Notes under the pieces: model-generated
Told to the model about the DNA's origin: nothing
The model's input: the letters and a program-made list of their open reading frames with translations, nothing else
Databases searched by the model: none
Position numbers and translations under genes: made by a program
Shown: piece by piece, positions 50,501-61,556 of the stretch
Layout of the letters: each line of letters starts with the position of its first letter
Position numbering within the stretch: the first letter of the stretch is position 1
Source of the DNA: an uncultured Planctomycetota bacterium
GTDB lineage: Bacteria > Planctomycetota > Planctomycetia > Isosphaerales > Isosphaeraceae
DNA length: 64,000 bases
Direction: 5' to 3'
Assembly: GCA_963845755.1 (NCBI GenBank)
Contig: CAWJTV010000020.1
Span: 704,001-768,000 of the forward strand

Positions 50501-50906
50501 GCGAAAAACGGTGAAATCCCCGCGAGAGACTTCGACCCCGTTTCCCCCAACGGCGAGCAGGGACTGCCCCTGAGCATCGGGCCTTGGCGAGATGGCCATG
50601 GCGTAGATCGCCCCGCGCGGGCCGCGCCAAATTATCGGCCGTATCGTCTGGTTCAGGCGCCCGCCGGCCTGGAAATCCCAGACCTTCACGACCTTGTCTT
50701 CGCCGCCGGAGAACAGGATGAACGGGTCTTGCCAGACCAGGCTGCGCACCGGCGGCATGATGGCCTCCGGTTTCGACGACCAGGATCGGCGTCTTGTCGA
50801 AATTCCGCACGTCCTCCTGGGCCCGGGCCATCGTCGCCATGCCCAGTGCCGCGATTCCCAACACGATCGCCGCGGCGGCAGTCCGCAAGTCATCACCTCG
50901 AAGCAT
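47516..50906 (-). CDS. Secreted WD40-repeat / PDZ-like / caspase-like protein; frameshift near 50755
   Basis: Signal peptide; SGGEDKVVKVWD, GHSAPIVAL..SSSQDQTV; SFAAAMGLNAGD; LHVLSIGTD, FLDGVH, HGLFA. Confidence 0.8.
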
Positions 50907-50969
50907 TGTCTGGTCTCGTTTCCTCTGGGATGGGCCGAACTGAGGATTGGGGAACCGTCGAGCGAATCG

Positions 50970-53683
50970 TCACTCGAGCGAATACTGGAAATTCCCCGCG
51001 TCGTCAACGGTCACGTGGACCGCGCGGAGCGATTCGCCCCGGGACATCCGACTGAGGACTTCCTGGGAGATCTCGGGGAGCAGCGTGTGAGTCAGGATGT
51101 GATCGACGTTCCGGGCGCCGCTTTCCACCTCGCGGCAGCGGCCGGCGATGCTCTCGACCAGCTCGTCGCCATAACGGAACGCCGCCTTGTGATTCTGGTG
51201 CATTCGCTGGCCGATCCGATCGAGCTGGAGGCGGATGATCCGGCGCATCGCCTCGTCGGAGATCGGATAGTAAGCGACCGTGATCAGTCGCCCGAGGAAT
51301 GCCTGTTTGAAGATCGCAACGCCCCGCTCGGAGCGGGCGGCGAGCAAGTCGGGGCGGATCGCCTCGGTCAGGCCCTGCGGCGAGGGGGTCGTCTCGGGGT
51401 CCTTGCAGAGTTCGAGGATCCGTTCAGTGCCGACGTTCGAGGTCAACAGGATCACCGTGTTCTTGAAGTCGATCTCGCGACCCTCGCCATCCTCCAGGGT
51501 CCCCTTGTCGAAGACCTGGAAGAACAGCTCGAGGACGTCGGGGTGGGCCTTCTCAACCTCGTCGAGCAGGACGACGCTGTGCGGCCTCCGTCGGACGGCT
51601 TCGGTCAGCACGCCCCCCTCGCCATAGCCCACGTAGCCGGGCGGCGAGCCTTTCAATCCCGAGACCGTGTGCGCCTCCTGGTACTCCGACATGTTGATCG
51701 TGATCAGATTGCGCTCGCCGCCGTAGAGCGTATCGGCCAGCGCCAGTGCGGTCTCGGTCTTGCCGACGCCGCTGGGTCCCACCAGGAGGAAAACGCCCAC
51801 CGGCCGGCGGGGGTCGGTCAGGTTGGCCCGCGACGTCCGGATCCTTTGGGCGATGGTCTCCAGGGCGTGAGATTGGCCAATGACGCGCTCCTCCAACTTG
51901 GAGCGGAGCCGCAATACCGTCTGGATCTCGTCCGCGAGCATCTTGCCGACGGGGATGCCCGTCCAGCCGGCGACGACCTCGGCGATGGTCTGCGCGTTGA
52001 CCGAGACGGGCATGAGCGGCGATTCGCCCTGAAGTGCGCGCAGGTCGCGAATCTTGGCCTGAAGATCGACTTGCGAGGCGACTAGCTCCGCGGAAGGCTG
52101 ATAGGGCTGGATCTCGCCGTCGTCCGTGGCCGCGGGCTGTTCGCCTTTCTCCTCGTGGTAACGCGCCTCGATGGATTTTCCCAGTTCGCGAATCTCTGCG
52201 ACACGCTTCCGCTCGTCCTCCCACCGCGACTCGAGGGCGGTTAGCCGGCTTCCGGCGTCTCCGAGCTCATGCCGGACCTCGGCCATCCTCTCGTCATGCC
52301 GAGCCCCGGTCGCACCTTCGCGGTCGAGGATGCCGATCTCGATCTGGAGATGATCGATCTGACGACGGCAGTCCTCGACGGCTGGGGGAACCGCATTCTG
52401 GCTGATGGCGACCCGCGCAAGCAGTATCGAGCAGGCTGACGGCCTTATCCGGAAGTTGACGGGCGGGGATATACCGGTTCGAGAGCTTGACGGCGCTGTC
52501 GATCGCCTCGTCCAGGATTCGCACGCCATGGTGCGCCTCGAGCATCGCTGTGAGCCCGCGCATCATCCGGATCGCGTGCTCCTCGTCCGGTTCCTCGACC
52601 TTGACCACCTGGAACCGGCGGGCCAGTGCGGCGTCTTTCTCGAAATACTTCTTGTACTCGGCCCAGGTCGTGGCCGCGATGGTGCGGAGCTCGCCACGCG
52701 CCAGGGCCGGCTTGAGCAAGTTGGCGGCATCGCTCTGGCCGGCCTGACCGCCGGCGCCGATCATCGTGTGGGCCTCGTCGATGAACAGTACGATCGGGAC
52801 CGACGAAGACTTGACCTCCGTGATGACCTGCTTGAGCCGGTTCTCGAACTCCCCCTTGATGCCCGCGCCGGCCTGGAGCAGCCCCAGGTCCAGGGTGCGG
52901 AGCACGACCTTTTCGAGCGCCGGGGGAACATCCCCCTGGGCGATCCGCAGGGCCAGTCCCTCGACGACGGCCGTCTTGCCGACGCCGGCCTCGCCGGTGA
53001 GTATGGGATTGTTCTGGCGGCGGCGGATCAGGATGTCGACCATCTGGCGAACTTCGGCCTCGCGGCCGATCACCGGGTCGAGCTCCCCCTTCCGTGCCCG
53101 CTCGGTCAGGTTGATCGTGTACTGGTCCAGGGCCGGCGTCCGGCTCAAGACGGCGGGCCTCGTCCCTGCCGAGTCGCCCGGGGTCGATTCGGAAGCCGGT
53201 CCCTCGTCTTCACTCGACCCGGCCGCCAGCTTCAGGAGACTGGACTGGAGCTGTTCGCCCTTGACCTTGCTCAGCTCCCGCGAGGCGCCGTGCGCGCAGC
53301 CGCGCCAGCTCCTCGTCGTCCAGCAGCGCCAGCAGGAGCACGCCCGAGCGAATCTTCGACTCCTGGAACTGGATCGACGACAAGACCCAGGCATGACGGA
53401 TCAACTGATCGATCCGCAGCGAGAGCGCCGGCATCCGCTGATGGCCCGTGCGGAGCTGGTCGAGACTCCGGGTCAAGTCCGCGAGCAGTCGCGCGGGATC
53501 GACCTCGAATTGCCGGAAGATCCGCGTCAGATCGGTATCCGGCCGATCGATCAGCTTGACCAGCCAGTGCTCGATCTCGACGCTGGGATTTCCCCGGGAC
53601 AGACAGAGCCCAACGGCTTCCTCGAGCGCCTTGAGGCAAGTCGAGTTGAGCGTCTTGGTCAAAGCTCCCGAGTCAATACCCAT
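50970..53683 (-). CDS. tssH: ClpV/TssH-type AAA+ ATPase; frameshifts near 53290 and 52415
   Basis: [93 protein letters not shown]. Confidence 0.88.
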
Positions 53684-53938
53684 GGCGATACCCCCTCTTC
53701 GAGACAACCCTTCTCAGCTCGTTCGCCAACCGTTCAACTGGATCGTAGAGTGAAAGCGGTCCAGAGGCAATGACACGATGGGAACGAGTCCAGCCCACTC
53801 TCGCAGAACAGAGGGACCTTCCCAGTCCAAGCGTCCAATCGCGTCGGGGTGGCCTGGCGAGTGCCGGTCCGGTATGTTTGGAGTCAGAGCGGCGAGTGGC
53901 CTGGTGAGTCCGAATCCTGCGCACGAGAGGAGTCTACG

Positions 53939-54931
53939 ATGTCAGGACTTTCTGCGGTTTTGCTGAGTCTCGCACTCCTTTTGGGGTGGGAGACGGCTGA
54001 CGGACCGTTGGCGACCGCCGACGAATTCCAGGGCTGGTTCGAGGACGCGTCTCAGGGTGCGCTTCACATCCCTAAGCCAATCGCGCGACGAGCGCAGAGC
54101 TTCCATTATGTGTTCGTCGGCGGCTTCCGGGTCGGGCGGATGCCCGGCTACTTCTTACAGAACGCCCACGAACTCCGGGCACAGGGCGTGCCTCGACGGT
54201 CGATCCACTTCCTGTACCCCAGCTCCGATCGGACGGTCGAGGAGAATTGTGGCGCAGTCCGGAAGGAGCTCCTCCGGATCGCTGCGAAGGACTCCAAGCC
54301 GCTAGTGGTCATCGCCCACAGCCGAGGTGCCTGCGACGCGCTGGCCTTCGCCCTGAACGAGCCGGAATTCGTCCGCGACCGTGTCGAGGCCCTCTTCCTG
54401 GTCCAGGGGGCTTTTGGCGGAACGGCCCTGGCCGACTATGTCCTGGGGGAAGGGGAACCGATGGATGGTCAGATGCCGCGGGGCCATCGTTGGCTCGCTC
54501 GAGCGATCGGCGCCCTGGAGGGACTCCTGTTGAGGCGCGGCGGTCAAGACGGATTGATCGGGTTGACCCGGGATGTGTCGCGGGCTTACTGGAGCGATCT
54601 TCTGAAGACGCACGCCGAGGCGGTCCCGCTCGTCGGCCCGAAGGTCTACTTCATCGAATCTTGTGCCCGTCCGAAGGACCTGGCCCTCTTCCAGCGGGCG
54701 ATGGCCTGGTACCTGGGTGCGTACTACGGTCCGAACGATGGTGTCGTGTCCGTAGAGGATCAGACGGTCCCCGGTCTCGGTTCGAGCCTTGGAGTCCTGC
54801 ATGCCGGTCACGCCGATCTGACCCGCCGGTCTCCCGCAAGCCGCTCGAATCGGCGCCTCCGCCGTGCGCTCATACAGGGCATCGTCATGGTGGTAGGCCG
54901 AGCCGACCCGTCCGCCCTCGCGGCAAAGTAG
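53939..54931 (+). CDS. Secreted alpha/beta hydrolase (lipase-like)
   Basis: VIAHSRG, GAFGGT, NDGVV, GHAD. Confidence 0.75.
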   Translation: MSGLSAVLLSLALLLGWETADGPLATADEFQGWFEDASQGALHIPKPIARRAQSFHYVFVGGFRVGRMPGYFLQNAHELRAQGVPRRSIHFLYPSSDRTVEENCGAVRKELLRIAAKDSKPLVVIAHSRGACDALAFALNEPEFVRDRVEALFLVQGAFGGTALADYVLGEGEPMDGQMPRGHRWLARAIGALEGLLLRRGGQDGLIGLTRDVSRAYWSDLLKTHAEAVPLVGPKVYFIESCARPKDLALFQRAMAWYLGAYYGPNDGVVSVEDQTVPGLGSSLGVLHAGHADLTRRSPASRSNRRLRRALIQGIVMVVGRADPSALAAK

Positions 54932-55125
54932 TCGCCGGCTGGATGGTGGACGACGTGTCATCATGTCACCGAGAGCGTTGGAACCTGGAGTTGGATCGCC
55001 TGCAAGCAAATGTTAAACTTTGGTGGGAGAACGGAGCTGTCTGCGGGCCCGTTCCACCCGACCGAGCGAACCCGATGAGGAACGATCGGATGAATTGGCT
55101 GGAACGGAACAGCAGAGGAAGGCGA

Positions 55126-56463
55126 ATGACGTCGCGCCGTGAATTTCTCCAGGTGGGCTACTCGGGGCTACTGGGTCTAGGATTGCCGGGTTTGCTGGCG
55201 GCTCGAAGCTCATCGGCATCGACGACGGATCGGGCACGTTCGGTGATCGTGATCCTGCTCAGCGGCGGCCTGGGTCAACACGACTCGTTCGACATGAAGC
55301 CCGAAGCACCCGAGAAGGTGCGGGGCGAGTTCAAGTCGATCGCAACCGCGGTACCGGGAATTCGGATCTGCGAGCACTTGCCTGGTCTGGCGGCGCGGGC
55401 CGGACGACTGGCGATCGTGCGCTCGATGGCTCATCCGGAGGGGAATCACCTGCTGGCGGTGCACCGCGTGTTGACCGGTCACCCGTCCAATCCGCGCGGG
55501 GCGAGCGATCTCGACCGGGTGGCCTCGCGCGACGACTTCCCTTGCTATGCGGCCGTGCTGGATAGTGTGCACCGCAGGAACGACGGCATTCCGAATGGCG
55601 TCGCGCTCCCGACCCGACTGATCGAGGGACCGCTAACCTGGCCAGGCCAGGACGCCGGCTTCCTCGGCACACGACACGATCCTTGGCAGCTCCGCCTCGA
55701 TCCGAACCGCCCCGATTTCCGCGACGACAGCCTCGCCCTGGCTGACGGCCTGAACCCTGATCGGTTGCATCGCCGCCGCCATTTGCTTGGCCAGTCCGCC
55801 GTTCCGCCACCCGGCGATGCGTTCCTGGATCAGCAGGATGCCGCGCTCGCGCTGCTTTCCAGCGGACGAGTGGGGCGGGCCCTCGATCTCCAACATGAGG
55901 ATCCGCGACTGATCGATCGTTACGGACATCACTTCTTCGGCCGCTCGCTGCTCCTCGCGCGACGCCTCGTCGAGGCAGGCGTGCCGATCGTGCAGGCGAC
56001 GATGGGGATCGTCCAGACCTGGGACACGCACGTCTCCAACTTCCCTCGACTCCGCGAGAGCCTGTTGCCTCCGCTGGATCAAGCCGTCTCGGCACTGCTC
56101 GACGATCTGGCGATCCGCGGCTTGCTCGACGAGACACTGATCGTGATGCTGGGTGAATTCGGGCGGACGCCCCGGATATCCGAGTTGACCCCCGGCGCCG
56201 TTCCGGGACGCGATCATTGGCCGTTCGTCTTCCCGGCGGTCTTCGCGGGTGCGGGCGTGGTCGGCGGCCAGGTCATCGGCAAGTCCGATCGGCTGGGCGC
56301 CTATCCGATCAGCCGTTCCTTCGGCCCCCCCGACCTGGCCGCGACCATCTACCGCGCCCTCGGCGTCGACCCGGCGACCGAGCTGCGCGACCGGCTCGGA
56401 CGCCCCTTGACGCTCTGCTCGGGCGAGGTGATCGCGCCGCTCTACACGACAGCGGCGATTTAA
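55126..56463 (+). CDS. DUF1501 family protein (Tat-type N-terminus)
   Basis: SRREFLQ, DSFDMKPEAP, LLARRLVEAGV, WDTH, GEFGRTP, GRDHW. Confidence 0.92.
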   Translation: MTSRREFLQVGYSGLLGLGLPGLLAARSSSASTTDRARSVIVILLSGGLGQHDSFDMKPEAPEKVRGEFKSIATAVPGIRICEHLPGLAARAGRLAIVRSMAHPEGNHLLAVHRVLTGHPSNPRGASDLDRVASRDDFPCYAAVLDSVHRRNDGIPNGVALPTRLIEGPLTWPGQDAGFLGTRHDPWQLRLDPNRPDFRDDSLALADGLNPDRLHRRRHLLGQSAVPPPGDAFLDQQDAALALLSSGRVGRALDLQHEDPRLIDRYGHHFFGRSLLLARRLVEAGVPIVQATMGIVQTWDTHVSNFPRLRESLLPPLDQAVSALLDDLAIRGLLDETLIVMLGEFGRTPRISELTPGAVPGRDHWPFVFPAVFAGAGVVGGQVIGKSDRLGAYPISRSFGPPDLAATIYRALGVDPATELRDRLGRPLTLCSGEVIAPLYTTAAI

Positions 56464-56485
56464 TCCGGACGCGGTCGAACCGTCT

Positions 56486-59029
56486 TCAATCCGCATCGGG
56501 AGCACTCGGACGGCGGCGCCGATCGTCCGTTGCGAACTCGAATCGGACTTCTCCGCCTTCCAGCTTCAAGTGGGCCTCGAACGGTTTGCCGGCTTTCGAT
56601 TGGAAGCCACGGATCAACGGGCTCTTCCCTCGCTTCAGCAGTGCCTCGGCGGTGCGAACACCGATCGTTTTGCCGGCGATCGTCTTCCAGATCGCAAATC
56701 GGCAGCCCTGCTTCCATGCGCTGCATCCATAGGACTTCGGCTGCTCGATGACATCGGAGCCGCATACCGGGCAGCGACCCAACGACACGGGAGCGAACCG
56801 CCCGGGCGGCTCGGGAGCACCCGATGCGTTCTCCGAGGAAGTGGATTCTGGCGGTGTCTCGCGCTTGGCTTTCGAGGCCGCGGGTTCCGGCGCGGCTTCT
56901 GAACTTTCGGCCGCTGGCTTCCTGCGACGACGGGTCCCTGATCCTTTCCGCGATCCCGCCGTTCGCGGTCCGCCCCTCTTCGGTTTGGCGGGGCCCCGCG
57001 GACGACCGGTCGGGACCGGGATCTCGGTCAGAGCCCCGTTGTCCGTAAGATGGAGCAGGACCGAGCCGGAGCCCTCGATGGAGAGCGGGCCCAGCACGCG
57101 GTGCTGAAGCAGCTCGCGGACCTGGTCCTCGCTCAGCGAGAGATCCCGATGCTCGCGCCAGAGGACGAAGGGGCAACCGTCGCGCCAGCCAGAGCAGCCG
57201 TAACCGCGCTTGCCCTCGATCACGGGTCGTCCGCATCGCGGGCATTCGCCGAGCCGTCCCGGATCGATTGCCGCCGCCTGGTCGGAGCGAATCACTTCGC
57301 CCGTGTATCGCACGATCGCCGCCATGAACTCACGCGGATCGAGTTCCCCCCGTTCGACCTGGCGCAGCTTCGCCTCCCAGTCGCCCGTCAGTTCGGGACT
57401 CTTGAGGCCACGGTCCCGCACGATGGCGACGAGGTAGCGGCCCAGGTCTGTCGCGGCCAGGGTTTTCTTGTCGCGTACGATGTAGCCGCGATCCAGGAGC
57501 GTCTCGATGATCGAGGCGCGTGTTGCGGGCGTACCAAGTCCCCGCTCCTTGAGCGCTTCCTTGAGATGTTCTTCGTCCACGAGCTTCCCGGCCGTCTCCA
57601 TCGCGCCGAGCAAGGTTCCTTCGGTGTAGGACTTCGGAGGCGTGGTCTCGCCGCGCCGGACGAACGGCTCATGCGGCCCGCTCTCGCCCGGCCGGAACTC
57701 GGGCAGCTCCTGGTCCTCCTCCTTCTTGTCGTCGTCCTTGCGGGGATAGAGTACGGTCCAGCCGGGATCGAGCACGCGGACCCCCTTGGCTCGGAACGGC
57801 ACCGTGTTGGAGGTCCCGGAAACGGTCGTGACTTCCTTGACGCAGACCGGGTAGAAGACGGCGATCAAGCGAGTGACGACCGCGTCGAACACCTTCTGTG
57901 CCGCCGGGGCGAGGTCGCCCGGCGACTTGCCGGTGGGGATGATCGCGTGGTGGTCGCTGACCTTGGCATCGTTGATGATCCGACCGCTGAAGGCGAGGGC
58001 TTTCAAGTCCAGCTTGCCGATCTCGACCGGCTTGAGCGGCTTCAGGTCGGCCAGGATTCCGGGTATCTGACTCTTCAGATCGTTGCCGAGATAGCGCGAG
58101 TCCGTGCGCGGGTAGCTGATCAGCTTGGCTTCATAGAGCGACTGAGCTGCCTTGAGGGTGGCGTCAGCCGACATCCCGTACCGCCGGTTCATGTCGCGCT
58201 GGAGCTCGGTCAGGTCGTACAATTGGGGCGGCTGGATGCGCTCGGGTTTCCGTTCAACGCCGACGATCGTGAACGGATGGCCGAGGACGCGCTGGAGTAT
58301 GGTCTGGGCGTCCTCTTCCTTGGTGAACCGATCGCCGGCAAACTTGAACGTCACCTCGCGGTACTTGGTCAGCAATTCCCAGAATGGCTCGGGTTTGAAG
58401 GTACGGATCTCGTCGTCGCGGCGGACGATCATGGCCAGGACGGGCGTCTGCACCCGCCCGACGCTCCAGAGGATGCCGCTCTCCCGGTGGCTCACGGTGT
58501 AGTAGCGTGTCGCGTTCAGGCCGACGACCCAGTCGGCCTCGCTCCGGCAGCGGGCCGCGGCGTAGAGTGCGTCGTAATCGGAGAGCGGCCGAAGACGCCG
58601 GAAGGCGTCTCGGATGGCCGACTCGGTGAGGGAACTGAGCCAGAGCCGTCGCGCCGGCTTGCTCGTGCTTCCGAGCAGTTCCTGGATGTAGCGGAAGATC
58701 AGCTCGCCTTCACGGCCGGCATCCGTGGCGCAGATCAGCTCGGCGGCGGACCGGAAGAGCCGCCGGACGACGGCGAGCTGTTTACGCGCCCGCGCCTCGT
58801 CGATCGGCTTGAGCGCGAACGGGTCGGGGACGAACGGGAGGGTTGCCAGCGACCATTGCTTGAGCGCCGGGTCATAATCTTGCGGCTCCTTCAGCGTAAC
58901 CAGATGTCCCAGAGCCCAGGTGACCTGGTAGTCCCGCCCTTCGTAGTAGCCCTCATGGCGTGCCGAGGCGCCGAGGAACGATGCGAGCTCGCGCACGACC
59001 GATGGCTTCTCCGCAACCACGACCTTCAT
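56486..59029 (-). CDS. topB: DNA topoisomerase III (type IA)
   Basis: AEKPSV, ATDAGREGELI, GRVQTP, ISYPRTD, GLGTPATRA, C-terminal Zn ribbons. Confidence 0.93.
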   Translation of the reverse strand: MKVVVAEKPSVVRELASFLGASARHEGYYEGRDYQVTWALGHLVTLKEPQDYDPALKQWSLATLPFVPDPFALKPIDEARARKQLAVVRRLFRSAAELICATDAGREGELIFRYIQELLGSTSKPARRLWLSSLTESAIRDAFRRLRPLSDYDALYAAARCRSEADWVVGLNATRYYTVSHRESGILWSVGRVQTPVLAMIVRRDDEIRTFKPEPFWELLTKYREVTFKFAGDRFTKEEDAQTILQRVLGHPFTIVGVERKPERIQPPQLYDLTELQRDMNRRYGMSADATLKAAQSLYEAKLISYPRTDSRYLGNDLKSQIPGILADLKPLKPVEIGKLDLKALAFSGRIINDAKVSDHHAIIPTGKSPGDLAPAAQKVFDAVVTRLIAVFYPVCVKEVTTVSGTSNTVPFRAKGVRVLDPGWTVLYPRKDDDKKEEDQELPEFRPGESGPHEPFVRRGETTPPKSYTEGTLLGAMETAGKLVDEEHLKEALKERGLGTPATRASIIETLLDRGYIVRDKKTLAATDLGRYLVAIVRDRGLKSPELTGDWEAKLRQVERGELDPREFMAAIVRYTGEVIRSDQAAAIDPGRLGECPRCGRPVIEGKRGYGCSGWRDGCPFVLWREHRDLSLSEDQVRELLQHRVLGPLSIEGSGSVLLHLTDNGALTEIPVPTGRPRGPAKPKRGGPRTAGSRKGSGTRRRRKPAAESSEAAPEPAASKAKRETPPESTSSENASGAPEPPGRFAPVSLGRCPVCGSDVIEQPKSYGCSAWKQGCRFAIWKTIAGKTIGVRTAEALLKRGKSPLIRGFQSKAGKPFEAHLKLEGGEVRFEFATDDRRRRPSAPDAD

Positions 59030-59395
59030 GGGTCCGTCCTCGGCAACCCCTCCCCGTGACCGGCATGAGCCGCAACCGGTCGTCGATATAACCCGGGCCT
59101 CGACGGCGGCAGTCCGCGATGTCTCAGTTCCAGGGCTCTATCCGATTGTACACATTGACGTGGAATGCGAATAGCGTCTCGTTCCAGGTGAGGTGCGTCG
59201 CGAAGGATGTTGCCGCGGTTTCGTGACACGGCACGGTTCTTGCTAAAGTATGCAATTGTCGGGTATTCTGATCTTCCATGATCCCGCGATGGAGTCAGGC
59301 CGCGGGCGGCCGTTCGGTTTTCTGTGATTCCTGCGCGGCCGACGGCGCGACGGACCCCGCCTAGACACCGAGTTTTTGTCAAGAGAGGGACTCCG

Positions 59396-59878
59396 ATGCG
59401 TGAACAGGCTCTGACCACTCCGGACGCCAGCGCCGATCGGCGCCGGGGTTCCACCCATTCCAGGAACTCGGCCTTGCCGGCCGTCAGCCAGGAGGACGCC
59501 CAGACGCCGGTGCCGATCTCCGAATCGAGCCACGCTGGTGGCAGCTTCCTGTACCGGCTGGTTTACCGGTCGTCCTACTTGCTGTCCTTCGGTGTCGTCT
59601 ACCCCGTCATGATGGTGGTGCACGTGGTGCCCAAGAACAACGCGATCGTCTACGGGTTGGTGGACGGTGCACTGGCGGCGTGCGCGCAAGTTGAAGGTTG
59701 GGACGCAGAAATCGGCGCGGACGACAACACCGGGGAACCGCCCCAGGAATCCGTGGCGGTCGAGAACAGCCCCGCAATCGACGGCAAACCGTCCGAAGCG
59801 ACCAACCATCGTGGTCGTGGGGCTCGGCGCCGCGCCGGCTCCAGCGCCACGCCCAAGCGTTCGAGCCGCAAGCGCTGA
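59396..59878 (+). CDS. Hypothetical protein
   Basis: YLLSFGVVYP..VPKNNAIVYGLVDGA conserved-looking core. Confidence 0.6.
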   Translation: MREQALTTPDASADRRRGSTHSRNSALPAVSQEDAQTPVPISESSHAGGSFLYRLVYRSSYLLSFGVVYPVMMVVHVVPKNNAIVYGLVDGALAACAQVEGWDAEIGADDNTGEPPQESVAVENSPAIDGKPSEATNHRGRGARRRAGSSATPKRSSRKR

Positions 59879-59947
59879 GATGCACGGGCGACGGGCCGGG
59901 TGATTGCCGATTCCGTCGGATCTCTCGACCGGGCCATCTCCATCGCT

Positions 59948-60235
59948 TCACGTCGGACGGTCGATGACCTTTTTCACGTGGCTTCGCATCGCTCCTTCAA
60001 AGAGCTTCCAGGCCAGTGGTATCGTTCCCCGGGCGTGGACATCCTGCTCGTCATACCAGAACTTGACCTTGTAATTGGATCCGGAAAACGTCGCCGATCG
60101 GCGGTCTTCCGACCAGTCAACCCGGCCGATCCAGGCACCGAACCGGGATTGCGCCTCGAGGATCGCCGCCTCGAACCGCACGTGGGCCTGTTCTTCGGGT
60201 TGACCGTGTTGAATCGAGATGTCCAGTTGTGCCAT
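59948..60235 (-). CDS. Polyhydroxyalkanoate-system (PHA_gran_rgn-like) small protein
   Basis: ISIQHGQPEEQA..VDWS..ATFSG; GAGGAGG RBS. Confidence 0.7.
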   Translation of the reverse strand: MAQLDISIQHGQPEEQAHVRFEAAILEAQSRFGAWIGRVDWSEDRRSATFSGSNYKVKFWYDEQDVHARGTIPLAWKLFEGAMRSHVKKVIDRPT

Positions 60236-60520
60236 TGGGACGGTCCTCCTCTCGACCGCGGATCACCTCGTCTGGCTCGCGATGTCAAATCCACTCCCCC
60301 GAGGAAGTGGAGGCGCAAGAAGCCCGCTATACATCGAACCCTCGTAGCACGCAGCATGCCTGGTGCCGGACTGTCCGATCCAGAATATCATGAAACCATT
60401 CCCCTTCATCATCCTGGTGATCGGACATCGGGACCAGCTCAGGTTGGCGATGCATCGGGCTTCGATCAACGATGGGGATAACCGTCCTCCGCGATTTTAT
60501 TTCGTATCCGGGAACTACCG

Positions 60521-61516
60521 ATGAAAACTCGATCCGAAATGGCACGGACCGAATTGACTCCCTACGAGTCCGAACAGGTTCACAGTATTGCCGCCTGGAA
60601 GTCGAGGCCACCGAACCCCGTTTCCGAGCTGTGGAAGATGCTGATCCTGCCGGGCGCCCGGTTCGCTGAGAGGCTCATACCCGACCGATTCGTGCAGGCG
60701 GCGATCGAGGGATCCTATGACCTGGCCGAGCGGCTTGCCGGCCAGGAGGACATCCGGCGCCGGGCTGGAATCAAGGACCTCCAGGAACTGAGAGACAAGC
60801 CGCTGGAGGAATGTGACCGCCTGGCCGAGCAGGTCGGACTCTCCGCGCGGACCCTGGCGATCGCCGAGGGTGCGGTGACCGGTGCCGGCGGCATCCTGAC
60901 CACTCTCGCGGATGTGCCGCTGCTGTTCGTCCTCGCGTTGAGAACGATCCTCAAGATCGGCCACTGCTACGGTTATCCGCTGGATCACCACAAGGGACGG
61001 CATCTTGTGCTGGGTGTCCTCGTCACAGCCCTCGCCGGTTCGCTCGAGACGAGGCGCCACCGACTCGACCGGCTGCGTGAGCTCGAGGAACTGCTGATCG
61101 TGGAGACCCAGGAGGAGATCCTCACCGAAGAACTGATGTCGTTCCTGTTCCAGCTCGAAGTGTTCGAGCCGCTACCGGGCGTCGGCGTCATCTCGGGCGC
61201 CCTGTTAAACCTGGCCTTCATGCACCGGGTTGACGTGACCGCTCAGCGGGTCTTCCAGGAGCGTTGGCTGCGAGACAACGGCAAGGTCGGTGCGATCGCC
61301 CCGGCTTCAGTGTCCGCACGGCACCTGGCCACGGGTTGGGCCGGCGCCCTGGGACGCGTGGCCTATTCGGGTTGCTATGGCCTGGGCTTCGGTGTGGCAC
61401 TGCCGGTCTATGCCGTGGCGGCCTTGTTCCAGCCGATGCAAAACGCGGTCTCTCGCGGTATTCGTCATACCACAACCGCTGGTTTGGAGGGCACCCCCGC
61501 TCGGGCGACATCCTGA
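60521..61516 (+). CDS. EcsC family protein
   Basis: EGAVTGAGG..LADVP..IGHCYGY; FQERWL. Confidence 0.8.
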   Translation: MKTRSEMARTELTPYESEQVHSIAAWKSRPPNPVSELWKMLILPGARFAERLIPDRFVQAAIEGSYDLAERLAGQEDIRRRAGIKDLQELRDKPLEECDRLAEQVGLSARTLAIAEGAVTGAGGILTTLADVPLLFVLALRTILKIGHCYGYPLDHHKGRHLVLGVLVTALAGSLETRRHRLDRLRELEELLIVETQEEILTEELMSFLFQLEVFEPLPGVGVISGALLNLAFMHRVDVTAQRVFQERWLRDNGKVGAIAPASVSARHLATGWAGALGRVAYSGCYGLGFGVALPVYAVAALFQPMQNAVSRGIRHTTTAGLEGTPARATS

Positions 61517-61556
61517 GCGACCGACGGGTTGCAGCGTGGCTGAATCCGCCGCGAGG

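Noticed and set aside
50970..53683. Complete type VI secretion cluster
   Set aside because: Only the ATPase is recognisable in this window
57050..59059. Long antisense ORFs (also 1466..3043, 41848..43518, 44313..45848, 50694..52085)
   Set aside because: Shadow frames of well-supported genes in high-GC DNA, without recognisable motifs
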